Shown here: positions 1 through 9,269 of the stretch, piece after piece
Layout of the letters: each line of letters opens with the position of its first letter
How positions within the stretch are numbered: the stretch's first letter is position 1
Source: Desulfatiglandales bacterium
GTDB lineage: Bacteria > Desulfobacterota > DSM-4660 > Desulfatiglandales > Desulfatiglandaceae
Direction: 5' to 3'
Length of the DNA stretch: 64,000 bases
Assembly: GCA_963662465.1 (NCBI GenBank)
Contig: OY759599.1
Span: 288,001 to 352,000, forward strand
The notes under the pieces: generated by a model
What the model saw: only the letters and a program-made list of their open reading frames with translations
Told to the model about the DNA's origin: nothing
The model's database searches: none
Translations under genes and position numbers: made by a program

Positions 1-273
1 AACTTCTTCGATGATGTTTTCGACTTGTTTCAATTCCCCCGGTAGCCTTGCCGATAAACAGTCCGGGAGAAAGCTGAATGTTTCATGCCCCATTTTGCAG
101 TACCATCTGGCGATTTTTGTTCCTTCCGGATACTTTCTACTGTAGGTGCCGTTCTTACCAAAACCACAGCCACCTTCAGGATGAATCGGGCATTTTTCAA
201 GCTTTACGTCCTTCCAGGCTTCGCTTTGAACGTATTCCTCAGCGGATAAATCCGTTGCAAACCTCAGTTGCAT
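1..273 (-). CDS. Partial Cys/His-rich protein of the type found beside DDE transposases (runs off window start)
   Basis: Not in ORF track; hand translation from ATG 273: MQLRFATDLSAEEYVQSEAWKDVKLEKCPIHPEGGCGFGKNGTYSRKYPEGTKIARWYCKMGHETFSFLPDCLSARLPG..., open to position 1. Transposon association is recalled family knowledge. Confidence 0.6.
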   Translation of the reverse strand, partial: MQLRFATDLSAEEYVQSEAWKDVKLEKCPIHPEGGCGFGKNGTYSRKYPEGTKIARWYCKMGHETFSFLPDCLSARLPGELKQVENIIEEV

Positions 274-318
274 AACAAAGCCCTTGCCTCAAATGGAAAT
301 TAATGAGAGCATCCGGTC

Positions 319-720
319 ATGGTCAAAATCGGTCGAAATGCACCATGTCCCTGTGGCAGTGGTAAAAAGTATAAGAAATGCTGCTTGTCGGCACAACCAG
401 AGAAATGGCCCGTCAAAGAGCAGCGGTTCATACCGGTCTACACGGAACTTGATCAACTGTCGAACAGCGTCGTTGATCTCATAAAACAGAAAAAACTCGA
501 TGAAGCTGAAATCATATCACGGAAATTTCTTGATGAATACCCCGACCAAGTCGATGGCTTTAACCGGCTGGCGATGGTTTATGAGGCCCGTGGTGAAAGA
601 AGAAAGGCCGCGGAGTACTTCAGAAAAGCCCACCGTTTCGCTATGTCAAATGAGGGTTTCGACCAAGACATTGTTGATTGGTATTTATCGGAGGCGAAAC
701 GGTTGGAATCTCAAAAATAA
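319..720 (+). CDS. SEC-C motif / TPR protein
   Basis: N-terminal [20 protein letters not shown] followed by TPR-like helices. Confidence 0.85.
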   Translation: MVKIGRNAPCPCGSGKKYKKCCLSAQPEKWPVKEQRFIPVYTELDQLSNSVVDLIKQKKLDEAEIISRKFLDEYPDQVDGFNRLAMVYEARGERRKAAEYFRKAHRFAMSNEGFDQDIVDWYLSEAKRLESQK

Positions 721-965
721 GATGGAATGAAAGGAATTAAATGGATTCCTTATAAAAGGAATCTGGGAATCAAAAGGAAGGAATCAAATCTCGCAACATA
801 ACGGACCCCGCAACATAAATTGAGAGTATCCAAAAAAATCGGCACCATCATAACCTTGTGATACCCCTTATATGCCCCCAGCTACCGTCATGCTTGCTTT
901 TCCCTTTCCAGCGTAGCATAAGAAATCACCTGTGAAGGATTTCAAGCTGGGACTACCTCATTTTG

Positions 966-1760
966 ACCGGATAGGTCGGAGGCCTTACGGCCTCCTTCCC
1001 TACACGGCTCAAGCCTCCGGTAAGGTTTCCCTGGTGGGGATTCCCGCAGATTTGCATCTGCTTCACGTTACAAGCCGGCTGTCAGAATAGCCAAAGGCAC
1101 ACGGGGCGCACCAGCCTCAAGGGCCGTCATTCGCCCGTTTCACTGGCTGCTTTCCCCGCTTTCATCTGATTCCTCCGGTGTTCACGTGATCGGACACCGC
1201 GATGAACGTCTGCCTCCTTACGGAGCCGGGAATGTTTCACCCGGTATCCGAACCATTACAGCCCGGCATTCGCTTTTTTCAGTCTCCTACTCCGGCCCGC
1301 CAACAGCATGCCTTACGGTTAGCCTGCCCCCAAAAGGGGCGACGGGACCGGGTTTCCATGTTCCACATAGTTGATCCAATGGATGACTTAGGTGCGCCCT
1401 CTACGCCGGTGGTACAACAGTTCCGTGCAGGCAGTTGACAGACCTGCAACCTGACCACATCCGCTGACACTGGGCAGCGGCATAAGACCTGTTAATCCTC
1501 GTAGGCCCTTCGCTTGTGATCGACGCTTAAAGACATTCAGATACCTTCACCATATCATCCGACCCTGGCCCTTAACCGGGGAGGATTCCCGGAGGGGTTC
1601 TCCTGTCGCCATTCAAACCCAATTCGGTACGTTGTCCGCAGGGCTTCACACCCCGTCATCAGCGCAACGGCAGCATGCCTGCGTAGGGTCCGGTAGGAAC
1701 ATACCGGGTACTACATGTAACTACATGAATACACTCAAACTATGCGACTTCGTGTCGCAA
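966..1760 (-). mobile_element. ORF-less, degenerate group IIB-type intron inserted after the attC R' core
   Basis: Minus strand starts TTGCGACACGAAGTCGCA and ends ...GAGGCCGTAAGGCCTCCGACCTATCCGGT (domain VI). Shares the IEP-start block GGGGAAAGCAGCCAGTGAAACGGGCGAATGACGG with the intron at 3583-6147. Domain V is cut after GAGCCGTG. Confidence 0.8.
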
Positions 1761-1845
1761 GCCAACGTTAAGCTCACCAGCGCTTCCTCCGGCCCCCGCT
1801 AGGACCGCAGGACTATCAGGCGTCTGGTGCAGCGCTTGGTTCGCG
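1761..1845 (-). other. Integron attC site (attC1)
   Basis: Minus strand CGCGAAC-CAAGCGCTGCACCAGAC...GCTGGTGAGCTTAAC-GTTGGC: R'', L'', L', R' boxes in an imperfect inverted repeat. Confidence 0.85.
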
Positions 1846-2096
1846 ATTCCAGCGGCTAATTGGAATAACGCAGATTTTGGCCCTAAAAACGGAAATATAG
1901 CCCCAAAAAGGAGCAATATTTAGAAACAAACTCTTATATTTTTAGTCAGTTAGCTTGGCCCGACCCCATTTGCACCCCCAATGCTACGGTTCCTTAAAGG
2001 CATGTTTTTGGGGGCGAAAAAAAGTTTTCAAGGTCCAAAACCACCCTATTCCTATCACTAAAACACTGAATGCATTGTTGTATTCTCGGTCCGACC

Positions 2097-3290
2097 CTAG
2101 CCCGCATTGCCTTTGGACCCGGCAAGAACATCAGTCAGCTTTCCCAACCCCCATTCCAAGCTGTACTTGTTGCCGTGCCGCTCCCAGGCCTTGAGACATA
2201 CCAAAAAGACGGTGACCGCCGCCAACCCCAGGACAAATGAGGGAATGGCGCCCATCAAGTCGAATTCCGGATGCCGCCCAGTAAAGAGATACATGATCCA
2301 TAGCGGCAGGGCGATTAGGGGGTAATGTATAAAATAAACGGTTAATGAATGTCTGCTCATGCGCTTAAACCAGGCAGCAAATACCCCGGTTCCGGGAACA
2401 GGGTCTCTTCCATCGTAGTAATAGTACAACAAGGTAAACACTATCAGGGCTTGCCCCACCTGTAGGTAAACCATGGTGTTGGAATCGGGAAAGAGACTGA
2501 AAGGCGAGATGTAATCTGTTATGTGAGACGATTCGGCCCGCAAAAGGCTGGCATAACCGGCGGCAAACGAAAGAAAGATCAGAACAAACCCGATAACCAA
2601 CAGAAAAGGGAGATCTCGTTTCATCTGATTGGCTACGATACGCCGTCCGATCACTAAACCGAACAGGGGAAAGACAAGCCAGGGAAAAACGGGGAAAAAT
2701 CCCGTTAAAAAAAAGCCCCTTATCATTTTAGAAAACCGCCAACTGGGTTCATATTCGCCTGCAGGCTCCACCAGGATGCCTGGAAGGTATTCGGAAATGA
2801 CGGGTGTTTGAATGAATTGTCCTCCCCAGTCGGTCGCAAAATCCACAAAGCCCCGAAGCCAAGGCGACATGAAGACAATTGCTGCGGCCAGAAGGAGAAG
2901 CAGCCATGAAGGTAAAAACCGGCAGAAGTGAAGGACAATGTAGGCTGAACCGATCAGGGTCAAAACGTCCCAGTTCCACACGTTTTTCGGTCCCCAGGCG
3001 AGAACGTTCATCAGGAGTCCGGCAGTAAACACGTATGCGCCGCGAAGAAAGGCCTTCTTCATCAGGTTGTCTTCACCCATCCCTTTTCTTCGTTCGCTGG
3101 AAACCGCCTGACTCACCCCTACCAGCAATAGAAACCAGACCGCACCGAAATCGCCAAGGGCATGGTCCATAATGAAATAAAGCGGATTTTCCGCAGCCTG
3201 AGCATTTCCGTACTCAAGCATATAGTGGCAGATGACCATTCCCGTTAGGGAAAAACCTCTCAGTACATCAATGGATACAATACGCTGCAT
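2097..3290 (-). CDS. Membrane protein, HGSNAT/DUF1624-like acyltransferase domain (cassette gene)
   Basis: RIVSIDVLRG start, multiple TM helices, FFPVFPW and SLTVYFIH motifs. Confidence 0.75.
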   Translation of the reverse strand: MQRIVSIDVLRGFSLTGMVICHYMLEYGNAQAAENPLYFIMDHALGDFGAVWFLLLVGVSQAVSSERRKGMGEDNLMKKAFLRGAYVFTAGLLMNVLAWGPKNVWNWDVLTLIGSAYIVLHFCRFLPSWLLLLLAAAIVFMSPWLRGFVDFATDWGGQFIQTPVISEYLPGILVEPAGEYEPSWRFSKMIRGFFLTGFFPVFPWLVFPLFGLVIGRRIVANQMKRDLPFLLVIGFVLIFLSFAAGYASLLRAESSHITDYISPFSLFPDSNTMVYLQVGQALIVFTLLYYYYDGRDPVPGTGVFAAWFKRMSRHSLTVYFIHYPLIALPLWIMYLFTGRHPEFDLMGAIPSFVLGLAAVTVFLVCLKAWERHGNKYSLEWGLGKLTDVLAGSKGNAG

Positions 3291-3655
3291 GGCTCCTCAT
3301 TTTCAATACACTGAAATTATTCGAATCATCCTTACAGATATGCGTTTCCGGAAAATATAGAAAAAATCCGATCGGGTCCATAAGCATTTTTGAGCTCTGT
3401 CAACAGATGAAAATCGCACAGAATTTCTTTCAGTCAATCATCGTCAAACGATTGGATCTTTTGCCTCATTGGCAGAAAACGACATTCAGATGTTTTGGGT
3501 TCCGAAAAAACACATTGGCTCCAATGAAAAAAACGCAAGCAATTAGATCCAATCACGACTTGCGCGGCCTTTTCCGTTATGGGTCGAGTAGCCAGGGGAT
3601 GTTGCCATCCCCCAGCCCTCTAAGAACCGTGCGTGCGCCGTTAAACGCACACGGC

Positions 3656-5513
3656 TCAAGCATTCCAAAGGCAAGCCCTTTCGGGGCTACCCGGTTGTGA
3701 CGTTTTATGCTCTTTACGCCTGTCTGCCTTCTGCTGACTGCGTTGGGCATATTGTTTCCTGAAATATTGTTCATATTTCGGATCGAAGGGGTTCGCATCC
3801 CCTCGAATTTTGACATGGCGTTTTATCTTGACGTCGTAAGCCTTCTCAAGTTCAATTCTGGCGGATTTCGCATAGCCGTCCTTGATCACCGCTGAAAAGG
3901 ACCACGGGCGAGATCCTTTTGACCAGTATTTATCCACCAGCCAACTCTTACTCTTGCCCGAATGTTTCCTCCTCATCCATTGCCAAATATAGCTGTAGAT
4001 ACGGTGATCTACAAGCCCGAAAGTTCTACCGGAAACCACATGCCTGTGGTAATTGGCCCACCCCCTGATTTTGGGATTGAGTACTTTAATCAGAATGTCG
4101 GCTCTTGATGCCGCATGCTTTCGGATTGTTTTCCGGATATTGCCTAAAAAGGCTTTCACGTTTTTGCGAGAGGGCTTTATCAAAAGTTTTCCTCCGTATT
4201 TGCGTGAACTTTGTCCGAGAAAATCAAATCCTTCTTCTATCCTTGTGATCAACGTCTTTTCCGCTGAAAGCGAAAGACCTCTTCGCTCCATAAATGCTTC
4301 AATTTCCAGCTTGATCTCATTTAGCATCTCTCTGGAATTCCCGGTGATGATAAAATCATCAGCGTAGCGGATTACGTTTATCTTGGACCGTATATTTCCC
4401 TGAATTCTTATCGGGGCGGTGCTTTTGGCTGCCGCTTCCAGACCATCCAGGACCATATTAGCCAATGTTGGAGAGATAATCCCGCCTTATGCAAAGAAAG
4501 TAATTATGCAAAGTAAACCGTAAAAGCCATAATAATTCAAGAGATTCTTGTTGATTTGCTTAGCATAATCTCCACTTATGGTGAATGAGAAAAAGTTCAA
4601 AAAATCATTAGACAAAACAAAGGAGCTATTTTTATCCAAAACAAACGAAGAATGCTGCATCATTTACTTGGCTTTCAAGTCTGAAGTAGTCGTGATATTA
4701 TGCAAAGTAAATTCAGTGCATATGCTTGAAATATTGCACCTTAACTGATTTACTTTGCATAATCGTTAACTTTGCATAAGGCGGGTTATGCAAAGCTTTG
4801 CATAACCCGCCTTGCGGGGTTCCTCTGTATGTCGGATAGAGCTTGCCTCCTTCTACATACCCGGCTTTCAGGCATTTCTGAAGCGTCCGTTTATCCATCG
4901 GGATATTTTCGAGTATCCATTGATGGCTGATTTCATCAAAACAGGCCTTTATATCTCCCTCCAGAATCCATACGGGTGAGTAGCGCTTGGCCAGAGAAAT
5001 AAAACACTGACCGATGGCATTCGCACATCCCCGATAGGGTCTGAACCCGTAAGAGTTCGGATCGGCGGTGGTTTCCGCCACCGGATCAAGCGCCAATTTG
5101 TACAATGCCTGCATGGCTCTGTCCTTCATTGTGGGAATGCCCAATGGGCGTTTCTTGCCGTTTTTCTTGGGTATGTAAATTCGGCGCAGCGGTTTGGGTC
5201 GGTAGGCTCTTCGGCGCAGGTCGTTTACCGCTTGCATTTTGTCAATGTGGGTGGACCATATGACTTTATCCACTCCCGGTGTGCGTTTACCCCGGTTGGA
5301 AGTAACGCGCTTGATAGCCAACAACTTGGCATAAAACGAATGAGTCAAAAGCCACTGTATCACCTTGACTTTTCCCCATCGCTTTTCCTTCACAGCTTTT
5401 GCGATACGCACCTGCAGTCTTCTAACATGCTCCCCGGCGGTTTTCCAGTTTATGGATTTCCACCAGTTTGTTCCGTCCAAAGGTGCACCAGTCGCCAGAA
5501 CGGCCACCGTCAT
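3656..5513 (-). pseudogene. ltrA: Group II intron reverse transcriptase/maturase split by a 325-bp insertion
   Basis: N half (TPGVD, RPLGIPT..DR, YGFRP, EGDIKACFD, GTPQGG) and C half (IISPTLAN, RYADDF, GFDFLG, IRGWANY) rejoin as PQGGIISP when 4481-4805 is removed. Confidence 0.9.
4481..4805. mobile_element. MITE-like insertion in the RT gene
   Basis: About 37-bp imperfect TIRs CCCGCCTTATGCAAAG..ATTATGCAAAGTAAA (4481 and ending 4785), AT-rich interior, extra 20-bp palindrome at 4786-4805. Confidence 0.8.
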
Positions 5514-6147
5514 TCGCCCGTTTCACTGGCTGCTTTCCCCTGTTTGAAGATTCTACAGATTATCTCGCAATGGAACACCGGTCAGAAGTCTGCTCTCTTT
5601 CGAGCCGGATCATGTCGGTGATTACCATCAATCCGTATCCCCATCATTACAACGAGGCATTCGCTTTTTCTGACATCCTTTACCCGCAACCCCATGGGCT
5701 CACCTTGCGGTTCGCTTTCCCCGTGGGGAGGGTTAACGGGCTTACCATGTTCCGCGTAAGTACCCGAGCAGGTTAGGTTCCGCCCTTACGCCGGTGGCAC
5801 GACATCTGCGACGGAGGAGTTCGCAGCCTCCGTTCCTGGCCACGTACCTTTTGGTCCAAGCCTTTCAGCATCTTAGGCTTGTTCTCGTGACGACGCTGCA
5901 GTGATTCACATGTGTTAACCGTACTGCTCAATTCTAGCTCCCTCACCGCATGATGCTTGCAGAGTTGAGGTCCCCTCGCGGTTCCCTCTCCCGGAAAATT
6001 CCGCGGGCTTCATTGTCCCGAGAGCTTCACATCCCCGGATTACTCCGGACGCATGTCCCGGTAGAATACCTGTTGCAGAAAACAGGGTTTTGTTGTATGG
6101 TTTATATTGATATATAAAACAGATACTTACGCGACATCACGTCGCAC

Positions 6148-6229
6148 GCGAACGATAAGCTCACCAGCGCCTTGCACCGGCCCCCGCAAGGACCGCAGAA
6201 CTTTCAGGCGTCTGGTGCAGCGTTTTGTT
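6148..6229 (-). other. Integron attC site (attC2), with introns at both ends
   Basis: Close copy of attC1. Minus strand AAC-AAAACGCTGCACCAGAC...GCTGGTGAGCTTATC-GTTCGC; R'' is restored as TGCCAAC when 6230-7056 is removed. Confidence 0.85.
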
Positions 6230-7056
6230 GTGTGCCGGGCACGGCACGTGTTCTTAAGGGTGCGCGCAATGTACCATGCTTCCGATATTTTACGCAAGTC
6301 CCAGACCCAGCCAGGTAGTGGCGAAGGGTGTAGCGGTATCACAACCGGGTACCCGGTAACGGGCCTGGAGAGGCAGTGGCCTTGCCGCGGCAGGGCACCG
6401 CAAACGCACGGGGCGACGAACAGAAATCGAGTGAGGCGGGTCTGGTGGGACGAGTTCGCAACACAGAACAAAGTCCTCTAACTACTATAGGCCAGGCACG
6501 TTGTCGGCGCTCGTGTGCGGAAAGACACGTGTTTACCCCGGGAGGCCCGTTGCGTCTCGTAGGGAGCTGCAACTGAAATCTACCGGAATATAAGGGAAAA
6601 CCGGTAAAACAAAACCCTGGCGTCAGGAACATTTCGAGTCAGAGCCCTGACGAGCCCGGCCTATTGGTCGGGAAACACAAACAAATGGACTCGACAGATT
6701 GCGGAAACTACGAGTGAGCGAACCGCAAGGGGAGCCCACCGCGTAACGGGAGTCAGCAGAGGGCATATTAAGCCGGAGAAACGAGCCCTGAATAAAGGGA
6801 GGCCTCACTCCGGTGAAGGCCCGGACTGTGCCACCTGCCGAATGGCAGGGGTAAATGGTTGTGTTTGTCAAAGAACGTGTACTTATTGGTCTAATGCAGC
6901 AGTAGCTGAAAGGTCGATAACGTCGCATTCTGGAAAACCCGGTAGGGCGGAACCTGTTTTATCCGTGCCTGCTCTGACCAGCCGAATCGCCGTATACGGA
7001 CCCGTATGTACGGTGGTGTGGGAGGGGGGAGCTGTGAGGCTCCTCCCTATCCCTAT
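6230..7056 (+). mobile_element. ORF-less group IIC-attC intron
   Basis: Starts GTGTGCCGGGCACGGC after TTGTT; GGAGTCAGCAGAGGGCATA and GAAGGCCCGGAC motifs; IIC-type domain V ATCGCCGTATACGGACCCGTATGTACGGTGGTG; ends CCTATCCCTAT; domain IV only about 150 nt. Confidence 0.88.
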
Positions 7057-7357
7057 GGCAGCCCATAGTTCAGGTAATAGCACGGAATTACGGAGGAAAT
7101 ATCTTGGCACTTTGCCTCATAGATGAAGTCTTATTTCCTCTGCAGATTTCGTCTATGCCTGTCACATTCCGCAAAATGTCATAGGGAAAAACAGCTTTGC
7201 ACAACTCCCCTTTGAAAATAATTTTATTCCCTATTCGTAATTCCCATCACTTTAAATTACCCTTCTGACCTCTTCATTTGCCTTCGGATATACTGCTCCC
7301 GTGCGCCAGTCAACAAGAAGCTCAACAGTTCGGTTCTGCAGTCAGAGGAACGTATGG

Positions 7358-7792
7358 TTAGGTGATTTGATTTACACATTTTTCTGCATTCTCAATAAGT
7401 GTAGGAATATTCGGTTTATTGAAACCCATTTCTGGTGCAGGAATTCGGTTATGTTTAATATCGGGTGGAATATGTTTATGATGGGGGTATGAACTTTTCA
7501 GAACAGGATCATTCGGATGAGGCTGAGAATCATACCAGTATAGCTTTTCTTCATCTTTCCATACCTCATAGCCGTACCATTCTATAGTAAGCGGTAAACG
7601 ATCATACAAGAGTCGTTCCCTCACGATAATTCGGACGGAACCGTCAAAATACAATTCACCTGCTACTCTCGCGAGTGTTGCCCCCACCCGGACGAAAGTT
7701 ACGGTCGAATGGCGTACAACGGGGAACTGTTCAGTAATCGTGTACAAAAACAGTTCATAATCTTCCGGTGAGCGAAGCGGATTTTCCTGCAT
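7358..7792 (-). CDS. DUF6516/TumE-like putative toxin (cassette gene)
   Basis: Y.Y....WYDSQPHP...SYPHHKH motif. Confidence 0.65.
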   Translation of the reverse strand: MQENPLRSPEDYELFLYTITEQFPVVRHSTVTFVRVGATLARVAGELYFDGSVRIIVRERLLYDRLPLTIEWYGYEVWKDEEKLYWYDSQPHPNDPVLKSSYPHHKHIPPDIKHNRIPAPEMGFNKPNIPTLIENAEKCVNQIT

Positions 7793-8057
7793 AGGATACC
7801 TTTATCAGTCCTTTTAGACCCGATGATGATTGGCGGATACGCTGAATCTCATTCCGGTATTCTGCCTGCCGGAAAAGCCATGTCCGGTAGATGCTTGCCC
7901 ATTCACCAAAATCCAGAACCCAATTGTCATCTTCAGGTTCTTCACCCTCAATATATGCAGCATACAGGGTTTCAGAGCGAATACCGTATTTGCGCTCAAA
8001 ATTTAGGAGTTCCGTTTCAAGAGCATGAATATCAGTCAGAGTATCATATAAATTCAT
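7755..8057 (-). CDS. Putative antitoxin (TumA-like) paired with the DUF6516 gene
   Basis: LLNFERKYGIRSE..Y.....G.......DFGEW pattern; overlaps the downstream toxin-like gene. Confidence 0.55.
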   Translation of the reverse strand: MNLYDTLTDIHALETELLNFERKYGIRSETLYAAYIEGEEPEDDNWVLDFGEWASIYRTWLFRQAEYRNEIQRIRQSSSGLKGLIKVSYAGKSASLTGRL

Positions 8058-8435
8058 TGTTTTTCCTCATCAATTGGCTGGTCGCCCTCGAACCCTGTTA
8101 ATCGCTCGGCATCATATTAGAAAATGACGTAGCGCCTTGCGTCAAAGATAACGCCTTATTTTCTTTGCAAAGTTGGCTCGGATTTCCCACTCTCGCACAA
8201 TTTTACAAGATCATAAGGATTTTGAATAGTTCCCCCAATAGTTATCATACGTCAGGCGGAGCATTCAACCAAAAACCGTATGGAAACAATGCAAATCACA
8301 CTGAATTACATAGGAAATAGGGCAAAGCTTTAGCACATAGATGATGCCTCCCATCACATATGGATGTTTCCCATCACTTTCGGCTACCCACCAAACCTCT
8401 TCATACCTATTCGCAGTTGCTCCTCACGTCCGCAC

Positions 8436-8559
8436 GCCAACATTGAGTTAAGCTGTAATTTTTCGGCCCAAAAATTGCCGCCCTCCCAACGTGAAAAACG
8501 GCGACAAACTCTCAAATGCAATTTTTGGGACGAAAAATATCAGTCTTGAACCATTGGTT
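8436..8559 (-). other. Integron attC site (attC3, different sequence family)
   Basis: Minus strand AAC-CAATGGTTCAAGACTG...CAGCTTAACTCAAT-GTTGGC with long internal inverted repeat (TTTTTCGTCCCAAAAATTGC / GCAATTTTTGGGCCGAAAAA). Confidence 0.8.
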
Positions 8560-8938
8560 GTGTGCCGGGCACGGCACGTGTTCTTAAGGGTGCGCGTAAT
8601 GTATCATGCTTCCGATATGTTACGCAAGTCCCAGACCCAGCCAGGTAGTGGCGAAGGGTGTAGCGGTGTATCACAACCGGGTACCCGGTAACGGGCCTGG
8701 AGAGGCAGTGGCCTTGCTGCGGCAGGGCACCGCAAACGCACGGGGCGACGAACAGAAATCGAGTGAGGCGGGTTTGGTGGGACGAGTTCGCAACACAGAA
8801 CAAAGTCCTCTAACTACTATAGGCCAGGCACGTTGTCGGCGCTCGTGTGCGGAAAGACACGTGTTTACCCCGGGAGGCCCGTTGCGTCTCGTAGGGAACT
8901 GCAACTGAAATCTACCGGAATATAAGGGAAAACCGGTA
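8560..8938 (+). mobile_element. 5' fragment of a second copy of the IIC-attC intron
   Basis: Near-identical to 6230-6606, inserted after TGGTT of attC3; similarity stops at GGAAAACCGGTA. Confidence 0.88.
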
Positions 8939-9003
8939 TCCTTCATTTTCCAGTTTACACTTTTGTCCCCATGCATTTCGTTTCCAAACATGAAACTCCC
9001 CCC

Positions 9004-9029
9004 AGAGACAAGGCATGCCTTGTCTCTAC
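9004..9029 (-). repeat. GTAG-family REP-like palindrome
   Basis: Minus strand GTAGAGACAAGGCATGCCTTGTCTCT, perfect palindrome with GTAG tail. Confidence 0.6.
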
Positions 9030-9172
9030 AGCAGCTGCGTGCGTTTGTACAACCTGCTTTTGTGTTCGATGAGAATGTACCGGCCAAAATCCCCGTACAA
9101 ACACCCCGCCGTCAAGTAAAAACCCCTTTTTCTCTTCGCTGTCGTTTTTTCCTTTTACGACCTCTTTTTATT

Positions 9173-9257
9173 TCTCGCGCCAAGACGCCAAGACGTCAAG
9201 ACGCAAAGTTTTTAAAACATAGTCTTTTTCTTTGCGCCTTTGCGTCTTTGCGCGAGA
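9173..9257. repeat. Palindromic element built of 8-bp units
   Basis: TCTCGCGCCAAGACGCCAAGACGTCAAGACGCAAAG...CTTTGCGCCTTTGCGTCTTTGCGCGAGA. Confidence 0.7.
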
Positions 9258-9269
9258 TTATTTTTTAGT

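Larger units (their letters stand above)
3583..6147 (-). mobile_element. Group IIB-type intron with interrupted RT/maturase, inserted after the attC R' core
   Basis: 5' GTGCGACGTGATGTCGCG; domain V GAGCCGTGTGCGTTTAACGGCGCACGCACGGTTC; domain VI ends CTACTCGAC; contains the RT ORF. Confidence 0.92.

Noticed and set aside
3656..5513. Retron, DGR or defence RT
   Set aside because: RT motifs and flanking ribozyme domains are those of a group II intron; the 6230/8560 repeats are intron copies, not TR/VR.
6107..7126. Short ORFs across the intron RNAs (also 1186-1470, 5232-5776, 8491-9087)
   Set aside because: Chance frames within structured RNA; no protein motifs.
8400..8435. GTGCG immediately after attC3 R' (GTTGGC|GTGCGGACG), like a third IIB intron start
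   Set aside because: No further similarity to the other introns and no domain V/VI found before 7057; may be chance or a tiny remnant.
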